This document shows, piece after piece, positions 11,445 to 25,680 of a stretch of DNA of 64,000 bases. The stretch comes from Octopus vulgaris. Lineage: Eukaryota. How positions within the stretch are numbered: position 1 is the first letter of the stretch; each line of letters begins with the position of its first letter. The notes under the pieces are model-generated. The model searched no databases. It was not told where the DNA came from and was given only the letters and a program-made list of their open reading frames with translations. Where the stretch lies: positions 19,840,001 to 19,904,000 of the forward strand of contig OX597832.1 in the NCBI GenBank assembly GCA_951406725.2, read 5' to 3'. The translations under genes were made by a program, and so were the position numbers.

Positions 11445-11800
11445 TTACCTCTGCCTTAGAGGAAGCGGGGGGTATTGTTTTCGGTCATGTTTGCTTGTAT
11501 TTTGGTCCGTGGACAAGAGATCTCAAGAACCGCTGAATGGATTCAGGCGAAACTTTCAGGGATGCTTGACCTCGTGACTGGCACAAACTGATTAGATTTT
11601 GGGATCGATTCGATCCGGACAAAGATTCTGGATTAGTTTTCCGTTTTTTTTTTCCTTAACTTTTTAGTATTCTCCTTTGTGAGAGCTGTCGAGTTTATTC
11701 CAGATATTCTCATTTTAAAAATCATCTCCGGCTAACCCTTGAGATGACGTTGGTGTTGCCTTGGTGGACGTTTGCGCTCTTTCAGTGCACTTCTTTCTTG
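11445..11800 (+). mobile_element. Helentron-associated / HINE-like non-autonomous element, degenerate
   Basis: 5' ttacctctgcc with an imperfect subterminal inverted copy ccttggtggacgt, then a short hairpin gcgctctttcagtgc and a T-rich end. Internal gaatggattcaggcgaaactttcagg and ttagattttggg motifs are typical of this element type. Confidence 0.55.
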
Positions 11801-12003
11801 TTGCTTTCCTTATGTTTTGTTCTCAACTTCTGTGTGTCAGCGTATCTATGTAAGTGTTAAATGGAAACGTAAGGATGGAAAGCAGCAGATTGAGAGGACT
11901 AAGGCAATCCATAGTTATTGATGATATCCAGAATACAGCATTGAGGCTACACACATACATATAAATTATACATGTATACAAGCATACATTATATATGTAT
12001 ATA

Positions 12004-12865
12004 TATCGGATCATCTCATAAATAATGCATTTTTTTTCAATTGCGTGAACTAAAAGTCGGAGATGACAGAATAAACTAGCTGTATCAACTTGCTATGAAT
12101 GCAGGTAGTAATTTTACCTTGTTCTGATTCTTAGTGCAACTTTTGAAGAGTGCAGTTCGATTTTAACAGCTATTTTTCAAAGCTGAAATGGAAGTGACAA
12201 AGGAGCGTATTCGGCATATTTTGCTTTATCAGTTCAATAAAAGCAATAGCGCAAAGTAAAGTGCGAGGAATATTAATGCAGTACATGGGGATCGGACAAT
12301 AAGTGTAAGCCAGGGTCAACGGTGGTTCCACTAATTCCGACTGGAAGCTACAGGCTAGAAGATGAGCCTCGTCCTGGAAGATCTGTAGAGCTCGACGAGG
12401 ACGTCCTGCAAAACCGGCGGGAAGAAACTCCCATCGTAACTGTTGAGGAACTAGCAGAGAAGCTTGGATATGGTCATTTAACCACTCCTCGACACCTGCA
12501 TGCCATCGGAAAAATCGACAAATTGGGTCAATGTGTTCGTCACAAACATTTCGAGTCAAATCGCGCGCAGAGATTGGATGTGTGCTCATTTTTGTTCTCA
12601 GGTCTTACGAATGAAGCTTTTTTTGGCCCGAACAGTGACAAGTGACGAGAAATGGGTTCTCTATAAAAATGTCACGCGCCGAAGAGAGTGGGTAGGGGAA
12701 GGGGAAACACCGGCAGCTCAGGCCAAAGAATGTCTTCACCAAGGAATAGATGGAAGAACATTGTAGTAAATAAAGAAGAGTATATTTTAGATCGAAAGAG
12801 AACTTTATCTTAATTTTGAAAATTCAAAGTATAAAAAACCCGCTTTATTTATTGGATTACCCAAA

Positions 12866-12866
<1 letters not shown>
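12004..12866 (+). mobile_element. Mariner element (Mos1/Hsmar-like), internally deleted transposase pseudogene
   Basis: ATG at 12188: MEVTKERIRHILLYQF...QRWF, LEDEPRPGR, KLGQCVRHK (WVPHxL-like) and VTSDEKWVLYKN (first catalytic D), then a jump to the C-terminal RWKNIVVNKEEYILD. Contains stops and frameshifts; degenerate TIRs set in TA/CA repeats. Confidence 0.92.
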
Positions 12867-12913
<47 letters not shown>

Positions 12914-12914
12914 G

Positions 12915-12967
<53 letters not shown>

Positions 12968-13866
12968 CAGCGAGAGATATACATATATAGTTAGATAGAT
13001 AGACTGGTAGATAGATAGACACATACATGCATAGATACATAGATAGGTAGATAGCTAGCTAGCTAGATAGATAGATAGATAAGTAGATAGATAGATAGAT
13101 TGACAGACAAATAGATAGATAGATAGATAGATAGATTGACAGACAAATAGATAGATAGATAGATAGATAGATATGTGTGTATGTGTATCCGTGTGTGTGC
13201 ACACGCACACATTGATACACATGCGCACACATACTCTCACGTAGGCGTGTGGTTATTTGTGCAGATATGGGTTGGTCTTCATATTCCAAATTCATATTTG
13301 GAGTACGAGGTCATGGAAAGGAGAGTCATAAAAACGAAATAAAGCTAAATATAGAGGAAAAGTTAGAGTGGATGGCAGGGTTTGAAAAAGGGTGGGGATA
13401 TTAGAAGGAGAGAGAGAGGGAGGGAGGGGAAGAAAACGGACGTGAAGATTAAGAAGAAAAAGAGAAGGAAACAAAATTAAAATGTTAATACTGTCCATGA
13501 AGCATAAAAACAGGTATAAAGAGATAAAACTAGAAGAGGATACGCACACCCACACACACACTAACTCACAAACATACACTAACACACACACACATACATT
13601 CACACGCATGCACACGCAAACACATATACAAATATAAATGGCCTCTAAGAGAAGTATCTGAGAGAATGACATAGACAAATACAGGTATATTAAGTACCAT
13701 AAAACATAAATTTAAATCCACCCCTGTAAGAAAGGAGACCATTTCTATATGGGAGGGTGGGAGAAAGTCAAAATTCGAAACTTCTTCATAGTTGATGTGC
13801 TGTGAATGAAAATGCCAGGGCTAAAGTCTAGGGATTTCTGCACAATCTTGTGTCTGTCTATATAAT

Positions 13867-13938
<72 letters not shown>

Positions 13939-14107
13939 TTCGTGTGTGTGTGTGTGTGTGAATATTTATGTATGTCTGTAATATATATAAAACTACCTAT
14001 ATATGTATATATAATATATACTATATATTATTGATTATTATTATTAATAATCATCATCATAATCATGACCATTATTATTATTATTATTGTTGTTGTTGTT
14101 GTTAATA

Positions 14108-14164
<57 letters not shown>

Positions 14165-15299
14165 TAAAACTGAGATTCGGCACCAAGCGACATGAAGACT
14201 CGCAGGTTCCTTACAGAAACCTAACTCGTCGCGCTCAGTTGAACAAACTGAGACATTGTAGTAAGATGGCTACCGAAAATCGAGGTGCCAATTTTCAAGC
14301 TGTGTCACATGGTGTTCTTGGATGTTATATACACATTCCAGCGACACTAGATGTATTAAAAAGCAGAATTTCTTGGACTGCGTGGTTGGTCAGAACCTGA
14401 CGGCACTTTGCTATATATCTATATCTACATTCGTATCTGTCTGTCTATCTGTTTATCGATCTATCTCTCTATCTATCTATCTATCTATCTATCACACGTA
14501 TTATCCCTTTTACTTTTGGTATGTACCATATGTGAATCCGTTTACACATATGTGTCTGTTTATAATATGCTAATTTATGGAAAGAAGCTGTAACATATAT
14601 CTTTCGGTGCATGCAAATTTCAGGAGGATGCATTCTGTCTGTGCATCATGATATGAACCGTTGGAGATGACATTGCTTCGCACGACGCGTTACTAAGGAA
14701 TATCCATCATATAAGGGACCAGTGTATCACAGCGTTTGTACAAGAGTCATGTTGGCTGCATTGGTCAATTAAAACAATAATTAAGCCGGAATAAGAAGTG
14801 TTGTCTTCAGACAGAAAACCTAACCCCAAAATATGTAGTAGAATGCAATAATTTGAAGGCCCTCAAAAGTTAGAATTTTTTTAATTGAAAAGTATGATAC
14901 GATTTTTGTAACCCCCTGCAAAACATAAATAGCAACGCGCAGTTTCAATCATACAACTGTTACTCAATGACAAGGCTTTGCTAAACCTCAATCTATGGTT
15001 AACAAACAAAAAATCCCAATGTTCCACACAGTTATATCGAACCTAAATTCATATGCTCCGTAAGATAACATACTAATCGCAGAGTCGTCTCCGCGCCTGG
15101 TTCCAACATGTCTTTCCAGATTACAACTAGTTTCTCCAGAGTGTAGTGTTTTACTTAAATGTTATGATAGATGAGTTCTTTACGTCAAGATTTAAACTTT
15201 ACAACTCACACAACTTCACGGCACATTTATTTAATTTCTGTGCCTAATGCTGGCAATAGCTTATTTTTTATTAGTATGACTCTTTGTCTTCTCTGTATG

Positions 15300-15593
15300 T
15301 CTATATACCTATATATATATATATATGATATATTTGTGAGCATGTATATATATATATATATATGTATGTATATATATATATGTATATACATATCTTTGTA
15401 TGTATATATAATTTATATCTATATGCGTGTGCATTTACATGTATACTTATGTGTACATATATATAGGTATATGTATATATATGTATATACATATATATAT
15501 ATATGTATGTTTTATTTTCAGCTATATTTTTTTTGAATATTGTTCTATTTTATCTGCAATCATTAAGGTTATGTATATATGTATGAATGTGTG

Positions 15594-15648
<55 letters not shown>

Positions 15649-15773
15649 TATATATGTGTATATATATGTGTACATGTAAATGCATACGCATATAGATATA
15701 AATTATATATATATACATACAAAGATACGCACATACATATATGTACATATATGCACATATATATATTTGTATA

Positions 15774-15821
<48 letters not shown>

Positions 15822-15840
15822 CATATATACATATATAGAA
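15300..15840. repeat. Inverted duplication within (TA)n-rich DNA
   Basis: 15392-15443 atctttgtatgtatatataatttatatctatatgcgtgtgcatttacatgta is nearly the reverse complement of 15671-15726. Confidence 0.85.
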
Positions 15841-16370
15841 CTGGCTTAAGTGATTCCATTGAGTGGTATGATATATTGAGTAGAAACTAGTGCGCATTCA
15901 ATCAATCACCGTACCAAGTCTCTAGCTGTGTTTTCCGGATGAATTCATGCCTAGAATATTTTACCCATAATTTTCTTTTCGCTTCCCGCGTAAATGAAAT
16001 ATATATAATGTATGGTCGTTTGAATATGCATAAGAATTGATTGGTGATGATAGCACTAATAACATGATTCTTACTTAGTAGTCGGTAGGGTAATATGTAC
16101 AATACACGACCAGAAATCTAAATTTAAAGCTACATACATACATACACACACACACACGCCCATACATATATGGATATGTATGCATGCATATATATATATA
16201 CTTATGTATATATGTATTTCTACATATATATATATAAATGCATATATATAATGTATATATATATATATACATATAATTTATATATATGCATTTATATATA
16301 TATATATACATAAATGTATATAATGTATATATATATATATATATTCACGCACATATACATATAGAAACAT

Positions 16371-16403
<33 letters not shown>

Positions 16404-16417
16404 CATACATACACACA

Positions 16418-16473
<56 letters not shown>

Positions 16474-16916
16474 TATATACATGTACGCATATATATATGA
16501 TCATATATATATATATAAGGAGAAAATGGGAGATATATATATATATATATACATATACATACCTACATACAGACACACACACACACACACACACACATAT
16601 CTACATATAAGAGAAATTAAAATTTATTGCGTCATTGACATGCACACAGTCAATATATTGTAAATATACATATACTTGAATTTTTCCCTTCCTTAAGAAA
16701 TAGATCTTCGAGTACGGAAATTGAGAATCGATATCAATACACATTGACTGACAGTGTACACATTAGCTTAAAGGAGAGAAATAATATGAACGCTAATTAT
16801 CAGTGTTACGTAAACCTAAACTTGTAGAATCACAACTAATGCACGGTATGAATCTTCAAGACTGCACTAGTGCTGCTAAAATAATAATAAAAGAAAAAAA
16901 AAACACTTTTCCCACT

Positions 16917-16994
16917 AACGACAACAACAATAATAATAATAACAACAATAATAATAAAAACAATGAAAATAATAGCAATAATTATAATAATAGC

Positions 16995-17041
<47 letters not shown>

Positions 17042-17114
17042 TTACAATAATACGAATAACAACAACAACAACAACAACAACAATAATAATAATAATAACA
17101 ACAACAACAACAAC

Positions 17115-17155
<41 letters not shown>

Positions 17156-17326
17156 GAGTAATAATAATAATAATAATAATCCTTTCTCCTATAGTCACAA
17201 GGGGTTGGTGCCTAGTCGACTACATCGACCCCAGTGTTTCACTGTTATTTAATTTATCGACCCTGTAACTATGAAATGTAATGTCGACCACGTTGTAGCA
17301 ACGAGTGAAATACTGCTAAGCATTTA

Positions 17327-17412
<86 letters not shown>

Positions 17413-17431
17413 AAGAAGAAGAAGAAGAAGA
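16917..17431. repeat. Compound (AAT/AAC)n and (AAT)n-(AAG)n microsatellites with a SINE A fragment (17180-17325, minus) embedded
   Basis: Seen directly; the SINE tail aatcctttctcctatag...tagtcgactacatcgaccccag follows the tract. Confidence 0.9.
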
Positions 17432-17745
17432 AAAGATCTAGAAACAGAGGTCACTCAAATGCGGAGCCTACAAAAACAGAAACAATTCTCATCATAGTAG
17501 GCGCATTGGGTATGATAAAGAAACATTCAGATAAATACATAACAAAAACACCAAAACTTACAAGTATATATAACATACAGAACATGGCGCTACTAATTAC
17601 GGCCACCCTCCTACGTGAAACACTTTCAATACAGTGAAAATAAGAACGCGGCAACAAAGCATATCACATACCCATGTCACCCAGCGCTGCGCTTGGTGGT
17701 GCTGTGAAAGCACATAATAAAAATAAGACTACTGAATAATAATAA
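17432..17745 (+). mobile_element. R4/Dong-clade (RLE) non-LTR retrotransposon 3' end
   Basis: KDLETEVTQM-RSL/KTETILIIVGALGMIKKH...IQNMALLITATLLRETLSIQ* (stop at ~17637) resembles the C-terminus of RLE elements. The short 3' UTR ends in aataataataa. Confidence 0.8.
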
Positions 17746-17749
17746 CGAT

Positions 17750-18135
17750 CGTTTCACATTTTGGCACAAAGCGGAGAAGTTTGGGGGAGGTAGTAAGGTG
17801 ATGACATCGACACCAAAATCAAAACTGACCTCGTCGGAATTTGAAATCAGAATCTAAATCCGAACGAAATGCCGCTGACCATTTTGTCCTTTGTGCTAAC
17901 GATCCCTCCAGCTCACCGCCTAAATATTGATTTTAAAAAATTGCGGAGTCTTCGAATTTTGGCAGAATGTCGATTCCATCGGACAATGTATTTGAACGTC
18001 ATTTCGTTTCATCGAGCACGATTGGAAGACTATGAAAGTTGATCTCGGTGCAATTCAATCTCAGAATATAAGGAACCGGCGAACAAGTGCAAATCCATTT
18101 ATTCTTACATCATATCAATCCTGCCTTCTCGCTGC
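17750..18135 (-). mobile_element. Two degenerate SINE A copies
   Basis: gacctcgtcggaatttgaaatcagaa...gctaacgatccctccagctcaccgcc, and a second gatctcggtgcaattcaatctcagaa. Confidence 0.65.
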
Positions 18136-18854
18136 CTTTATAACAATAATCACGGGGTCGACCAGACTATCAGATGTTGTCATTATTATGGCGAGATTCA
18201 TAACACTCCCTGTGAGAATGGACAAGCCAAACTCATATAAGTAAAAGTGTGTTTGACTGAGAGCGAGAAATGAGAAATCGCAGGAAATCGAAAGGTGTTG
18301 TTTGTGAGTTTGTCGAATCGCGGGAAATTATTGAGTTGTTTTGAATTGGATACAGTTATTGGCAGAGTATTTGGGAGTGAATCAAGTGGAGCCAGTTGGT
18401 GTCTACCCCGTTTTCGTACTATCGTATATCCCACGGTTATAATTCCACGTTATAAAGCTGGCATACAACGCCACAAAACAAAAGCGGTGATCAAGATATC
18501 TACTTTATAACAGCTATACATCGCTGGTTACTATGCACTTTGCATAGTTTTAGCTTTTGAATGTTGCCATCATGCTGGCTAAGAGAGCAGGCGAAGATTT
18601 CCTACTCATCAGAAGGCTAATCCGTTGCTGGGTTACTCGTTAATACATCTGAGAGTGTTCGAGTAACGTGAAATGAAGTGTTTTGCTCGGCCCGGAACTC
18701 GATACCACGGCCTAGCGATCTTGAGTGCATCACGCCAACCACTGATCTACGCGCCTTCCTAATAACTATTTCTGCTTTAGGCACAAGGGCTTGAAAATAT
18801 TGATGCAAAACAACTAAAATTAAGCAAATTTGCAAAAGACTAAGAACTGGTCTG

Positions 18855-19135
18855 GTTCTCCGTCGGTTACGAAGATGAGTGTTCCTGCTGATATGATCAA
18901 CAGAACAGCCAACTCGTGAAATTAACGTGCAAGTGGCTGAGCACTCGACAGACACTCGTATCCTGAACGTACTTGTTAAGGCAATTCAGCGTGATACAGA
19001 ATGTGACAAAGCTGGCTCTTATGAATTGTAGGTACAACATCTTTTTATGCCAACTGCGGGGACTGGAACAACGTGAAATGAAGTATCTTGCTGAAAGACA
19101 CAACGCCTCTAGGAATCGAACTCACGAATTCCTTA
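18855..19135 (-). mobile_element. SINE with family C tail but a different (D, CORE-like) central domain
   Basis: 18858-19038 matches the C tail (ctccgtcggttacga...gtgaaattaacgtg...ggtacaac). From 19039 the reverse complement reads gtgtctttcagcaagatacttcatttcacgttgttccagtccccgcagttggc. Confidence 0.75.
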
Positions 19136-19204
19136 ACAAACTAAGCCTTCTAAGAAATAAAACTAAGCCTTAACCACTAAGCCTTCTAAGAACTAAAACG
19201 AGTA

Positions 19205-20200
19205 CAAAAAAAAAGAAAGGATTATAGAGACATATAGAAAAATACTAGATCAATACTTAAAACAGACTTATTTTCTGAAAACAAAATGATGCGGTAATAG
19301 ATACCAATGCTGTATTGGAAGAACTTACTGTTGCAGTATTCAGAACTAGGCACTAAATGAACAAGGACTACTTGATAGAAAAAAATAAAAACAGTAAAAT
19401 GGTTCTACTGAGAATAGATCACACAAAATATGACGTTGCGTTGAAAGGCTATATTTACCACGACTACAAGGAAATCGAGGCCTTCTACGACTAGAAAACC
19501 ATAGTGAAATATTTCATGAAGGACTAAGAAGCATCTTGACAATGGTAGTGGTGGAAAACTGATGCAAATAGCTACAAGCGTGATTTTACTTAACAAAAAT
19601 TGTTTTCAGTCTGTCAGGTTGCCAAGAAACACAAAACGCTGAAGTGACAGAATTCCATGAGGAAAAAGATGAAACAGCAGGAAATTTGAAATCTATCCAC
19701 CATGCTAAAAGTGTGCGACCAAAATATCTCATGGTAAAGCGAAGGCAACAAAAAAAAAAAACAACAACAAAAAAAACACTACATGGTTAATATATTTCAT
19801 AAAAGAAACAACAGAAATACTGGCTGAGAAGAGCAAGAACCGAAGTTGTAACTAAATGCCACACATGATCCAAGACTTCGATCAAAGACTTCATACTAAC
19901 ATAAACCAACAACTGCATCTGATGAATCCGAATGCGTCCATTAACTTCAGGTATCTAGGGGATAAGAAGAAATATTTAACATTGTTTCTCACCGTTTAGT
20001 TTTAGTCAATAATAAACATATGTTCAAGCGTTACAGAACTGGTCGTACGCTGGAAGTTATACCAGCATTATGATATAGCAACGCACAAGAAATAATACAA
20101 ATATACATCAGAAAACATCTGGAAATGACAGCTCGATCATACTTTGGGATATATCATATCCCGCAAGCAAGTTATCCAAGGCTAATGACTGGATATATTT
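19205..20200 (+). mobile_element. Highly degenerate R4/Dong-clade retrotransposon fragment
   Basis: Broken peptides RSILKTDLFSENKMM, VERLYLPRLQGNRGL, WKLYQHYDIATHKK and NDSSIILWDI match the RT thumb and post-zinc-knuckle region of R4-type elements. Confidence 0.7.
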
Positions 20201-21128
20201 TCAGGAACCTTCGGGGTATCTCTTGATCGAAGGCTCTGCCATAAAAACGATATCACTTTTGTAAAGAACAAAAATCCGGGAACAGTAAACAGGAACAAAC
20301 TGTATGGGAAACGGTACTATGAGAATGATTCTTTAAAACCATCACCAAATCGCAGGTCATATTGATATATACGGCATGCTGAAAAATGGCAGCTGCGGGC
20401 ACTGCTTGCATGTTACGTTGTGGACAGTCATAACAATAGAAAGCACAAAATCAAAATATAATTCTAAACGTATGCAAATCCCATATCTGCACTTGTTAGT
20501 GCAATGAAAGTACATCATAACTATATGACGGTTGAAAAAATAAAGGTAACGTAACAGGTTCTCTGCTATCATTTTCTTGGTACTAACATAATTAACCAAC
20601 GCAGTAAACCATATTAAATATTTTCGTCTCGGATTTAAATGTTATTGGAAGACAATATAATACTTCTTGTATGTATATGAAGGGCTATATGCTGCAATTG
20701 TTAAAGAACTCGAAACTGCTTCGTGCATTACACGGTTTTATTAGAGAATTAATATGAGATTCTTGTTAAAAAAATACGCATTGAAATTACAAGAGGGTAA
20801 AGTTACGTATGAGCCATATTACACAGTTAGATAAGGAGGTATAGTTAAGAAGAACTGGCCGAGCACAGACTTAAAGTATACAGTACAACTGACACCGCTG
20901 AAGGTAAAGGTTATGGAGTAATATTATAGAAGCATTAAATTAAAGGTTACAAGAATTAAATGTAAATATTGTAACAATAAGCTCGGTGAATCTGTAATAT
21001 GTTCGTTTTATATATTCTACTGGACTGTAAATGAATTAGCAATGATTGCATTTAGAATACGTTACCTTTAAATCTGATACAGATACTGGCAGGTAGGTTC
21101 TTCAAAGTTATTTCTAATTAACAGAGAA

Positions 21129-21214
<86 letters not shown>

Positions 21215-21216
21215 AA

Positions 21217-21391
21217 GTGAAAGTTGAGACGAAAGAGTACAACAGGGGTCGCCACCATCCCCTGCCGGAGCATCATGGAGCTTTAGGTGTTTTCACTCAA
21301 TAAACACACACACCGCCCTGTCTGGTAATCGATACTGTTATCTTCCGACCGCGAGTCCGCTGCTCTAACCACTGGGGCATTGCACCTCCAC
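21217..21391 (-). mobile_element. SINE C head and body fragment embedded in (AAT)n
   Basis: Matches 7775-7945; flanked by (AAT)n at 21132-21216 and 21392-21553. Confidence 0.85.
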
Positions 21392-21464
<73 letters not shown>

Positions 21465-21503
21465 GTAATAGTAATAATAATAATAATAATAATAGTAATA
21501 GTA

Positions 21504-21553
<50 letters not shown>

Positions 21554-21554
21554 A

Positions 21555-22583
21555 ACAGGTTAATAGTTGCAAAACTTGAACAAACCAACAGTTACAAAAC
21601 CACAACAGAAAACTCTTTTCTATATCCAGAGAAGTTTACAAATCGAATAAAAAGCAAATTGAGGTTGGCCCAAAAGACAAATGTAAACGAAAAGGACACG
21701 CACCAACAGAAATAATGCAAATATGCTGGGCTACAGAATACCTTGGTGAAATGATGTAGCAAAATCCTTACATTGGTAAACCTTGGAAATAATATTAAAA
21801 ACCCCCAAAAAACTAAACCATTTGGAAAAAAATTGCGGCACAGAATTATGAAGCGAAGGACTTAAAGTGGAGACTGATAGATATTGGACTACAGCTCATT
21901 ATTACAGCCATCGTACGTTAAAATGCCTAATGTACTATTCTTAAAGTATAATATATTCAGTAATTGCAGAAAATCTGAAGGCTGTGGAGAAATAATTAAT
22001 CGCTTTGCCTCTGGCTGTTCAATTTTAGCGAAGAAAGACTAGAGCTAGGAGCATGACAGATGTGGAGATTTCATATACTGGAAATTATGTTAGCGTTATG
22101 AAATACGGAATGGAAAAAGGTGACATAATCATATACCTAAAAGGTGTCAAACCAAAGAATGTTAATCGGCATACACTAAGGTATTCCAATCCATACGGAC
22201 AGAAAATTCAAAGGTAACAGACCGATATTATTCACAAAGAAAAAAGAGGTGCTTTTTAATCAAAATGCATGTCGCGAAAATGACATCGTTTCAGAAATGG
22301 AGAAATTATCCAAAATGAAAGATCTGGAAATGGATAAACCACAATTTGTGGAATATATACAGAAATAATCAATGTAATGGTCACAAGTGTTTTGGTATTT
22401 ATTTAAAAACAAGGATATGCTCAATCAAAATCTAAGAACCTTCGAGTAGACACGACATACAAAATGAGTACTGCATACAAATTATGTGGAGTTTTTTTTT
22501 TACTGACAACTGAAGATGCAAAAACCAAACGAAAACACGCCACCTTATGCATATAAAAGAAGGCATTAACAACAATAATAATA
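21555..22583 (+). mobile_element. Degenerate R4/Dong-clade retrotransposon 3' fragment
   Basis: ASGCSILAKKD..EHDRCGDFIYWKLC (zinc-knuckle/RHD region), IHTDRKFKGNRPDII and EKLSKMKDLEM (RLE PD..D..K region). Starts right after (AAT)n and ends at aacaataataata. Confidence 0.75.
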
Positions 22584-24142
22584 GACCAATCTACTAAGAA
22601 GCAGAAGACTTGAGATTGTAATCGCCATGTGGTTCGTAAGCAAACTACTTACCACACAGCCACTCCTATTTTGAAAGCACAGAGATCTACGTTGGAAATT
22701 TTCAAACGAATATGTCTGCGTAGTATAAACACTATCTTTGCCTTATATATGGACATATAATATATGTGTCCATATATTATGTTAATTTAGCACTCATGCT
22801 ACACAAAAGTAGTCGCTAGAATATTCTCAACATCTCTGGAGCGTATCGGTTATTCCTTCAGCGTATAACAATGACAGGTAAACACGTAATCTTACAAAAA
22901 TGACAATCCAATAATGGAGAGAGCAAGTTATTAATGGTTTATATAATGAAGTGTAACAAGTATATTAGGTATTACAAAACACCTAGCTTTCTTATTTGGA
23001 ACGAGACAGGTTACAGTAAATGGGTAACTGAAATGTTCTATCTTTATGCATCCAAGCGATAAGATACAAAAAATATTAGTTAAAATTTTTTCTTCAACGC
23101 ATTGCACTCGTTCTTTTTCTGGACTATGTTCAAGCTTGGCCATTGCCTTACGAGTACAAGCTGATCACACTGATCTCTAGTGATGGCAATAATACTATCT
23201 CCAGGTATTTATTTCTCCTCGATCTCAAAAAGTTGGAAGGTGAAGTTGGCCTTAGAACGTAAATAGGACGTGACCAAAGTGTTACAGTGTTCATCGCTAA
23301 TGAACTAATTGAATCTCATCAACCAGAGAAGAAATGTTGTTAGTAACGGGTAGTCAATGAAAAGAGAATGGATTCGCAGAGTAGTTTAGGGTGTCGTAAT
23401 AGAATGATTTGCGGATTACAGTTTACGGAATTAAAATTCGAGCAAGGTCAAATCAGGCTTCCAACTTGATTTGTTTTGTTTTTTGGACATTAATAAACAT
23501 AGAAATTATAGAGAAATGTTGGAATGGTGGTACTGGTAAAATGACGGAAGAGATTTTGCAACCTAGCAACAGAACCTCTTGCCAAAAGACAACTAAATGG
23601 CGTTAATTCTCCAACGCCAGACCCAGTGACACATAGATAAGAATATCTCAGTCGCATTGATACAAAATGAGAGCGGGGGAGTGGACGAAAAATGGGAAGA
23701 AGATAGGGCTATGAATAATTTTGGCAGATGGCCATCGATTTCAGGGTAGGGATTTAGTCGTAGTTATTGACAACCGCATTAGACTGGTACTTTATTTTAT
23801 CGAGAAACATTGAAATACAACGATCCATTCGACGGAATTTGGAAGATAATGCGTAACGAATGCCACGAAGTTATTTTTGCCGACCAACGAACAATTAGAA
23901 AGTAACGAAAAAAATAAGAAGCATTTTAAAAGAAACAAGAAATATAGCATCCAATTATCTTTATATTTGTGCACAAGAGTGAAAACTTATCGAAAACACG
24001 TACATGGTTTGCTCTCGTTTTAGATCGAAAATAAAAACGAGATCTCACTTGAGTGAGATTCATTTTGAATTCAAATTTTATCTCTCGTCCTCTTTTTCTC
24101 TCTCTTTCCCCATTTCATTTTTTTTCTCTCTCTCTCTCTCTC

Positions 24143-24177
<35 letters not shown>

Positions 24178-24179
24178 GA

Positions 24180-24287
24180 CACTCCGTCGATTACGACGAG
24201 GGTCCCAGTTGATCCGATCAACGGAAAAGCCTGCTCGTTAAATTAATGTATAAGTGGCTGAGGACTCCGCAGACACGTGTATTCTTA
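24180..24287 (-). mobile_element. SINE C 3' tail fragment
   Basis: actccgtcgattacgacgagggtcccagttgatccgatcaacggaa matches 62027-62135. Confidence 0.85.
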
Positions 24288-24678
24288 TGTATATATGTAG
24301 GTACGTATATATGCATGTAACGGATGTGAAACAACTATGGATATTTTGAAACATGTTTAGTATATAACGAAAATATCATGAAAATTAAGGTTAAATAATT
24401 TGTATCCATCCATCTATCCATACATACATACATATATTTACATGCATGCATGTATATATTGGGTATATGCATGCATATTTTTGTTTATGTACTGCATGCA
24501 TATATGCCGTATACATACATATATAAACATATATGTATAACCTATATTAAGTACAAGATAAGAATGAGTCAGAGATACATACATACAAGCATAAGAAAAC
24601 ACGCATTTCTATCTATGTGTTTACTACATATATATATAATCCGGTGTTGTTTATGTTTTCTCCCTTTATATTCCACAG

Positions 24679-24727
24679 GCCGGATCAAAAACCGGTTCCA
24701 GCTACATTCACTGGAGGAACCATTAAG
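24679..24727 (+). other. Candidate 49-nt exon
   Basis: Long polypyrimidine tract tgttttctccctttatattccacag and donor AAG|gtaata. GC-richer than its flanks. Two open frames (RIKNRFQLHSLEEPL or PDQKPVPATFTGGTIK). Confidence 0.5.
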
Positions 24728-25011
24728 GTAATAGAAAACATATATTCATATATACATACATATAGACATACACACACTCATATATACATTCACACGCACG
24801 CATATATATATTTATACGTATATATGAATGTTCATATATTATAATAATATGAAAAATATGTGTGTATATATATGTATGTATGTATATAATTATGTATGTG
24901 TGTATGCTCTTTTCTGTATACCTCAACACAACCACAAACATAGATAGACATGCAGAGAATCAAACACACATATACCAATAGAAAAAATATATACAAAATA
25001 GAGATAAAGAG

Positions 25012-25680
<669 letters not shown>

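Noticed and set aside
18240-18420. Possible Tc1-type HTH remnant
   Set aside because: Too degenerate; no TIRs or catalytic motifs found.
21066-21113. Minus-strand exon-like segment
   Set aside because: Weak acceptor. It shows how easily phase-compatible pseudo-exons arise here.
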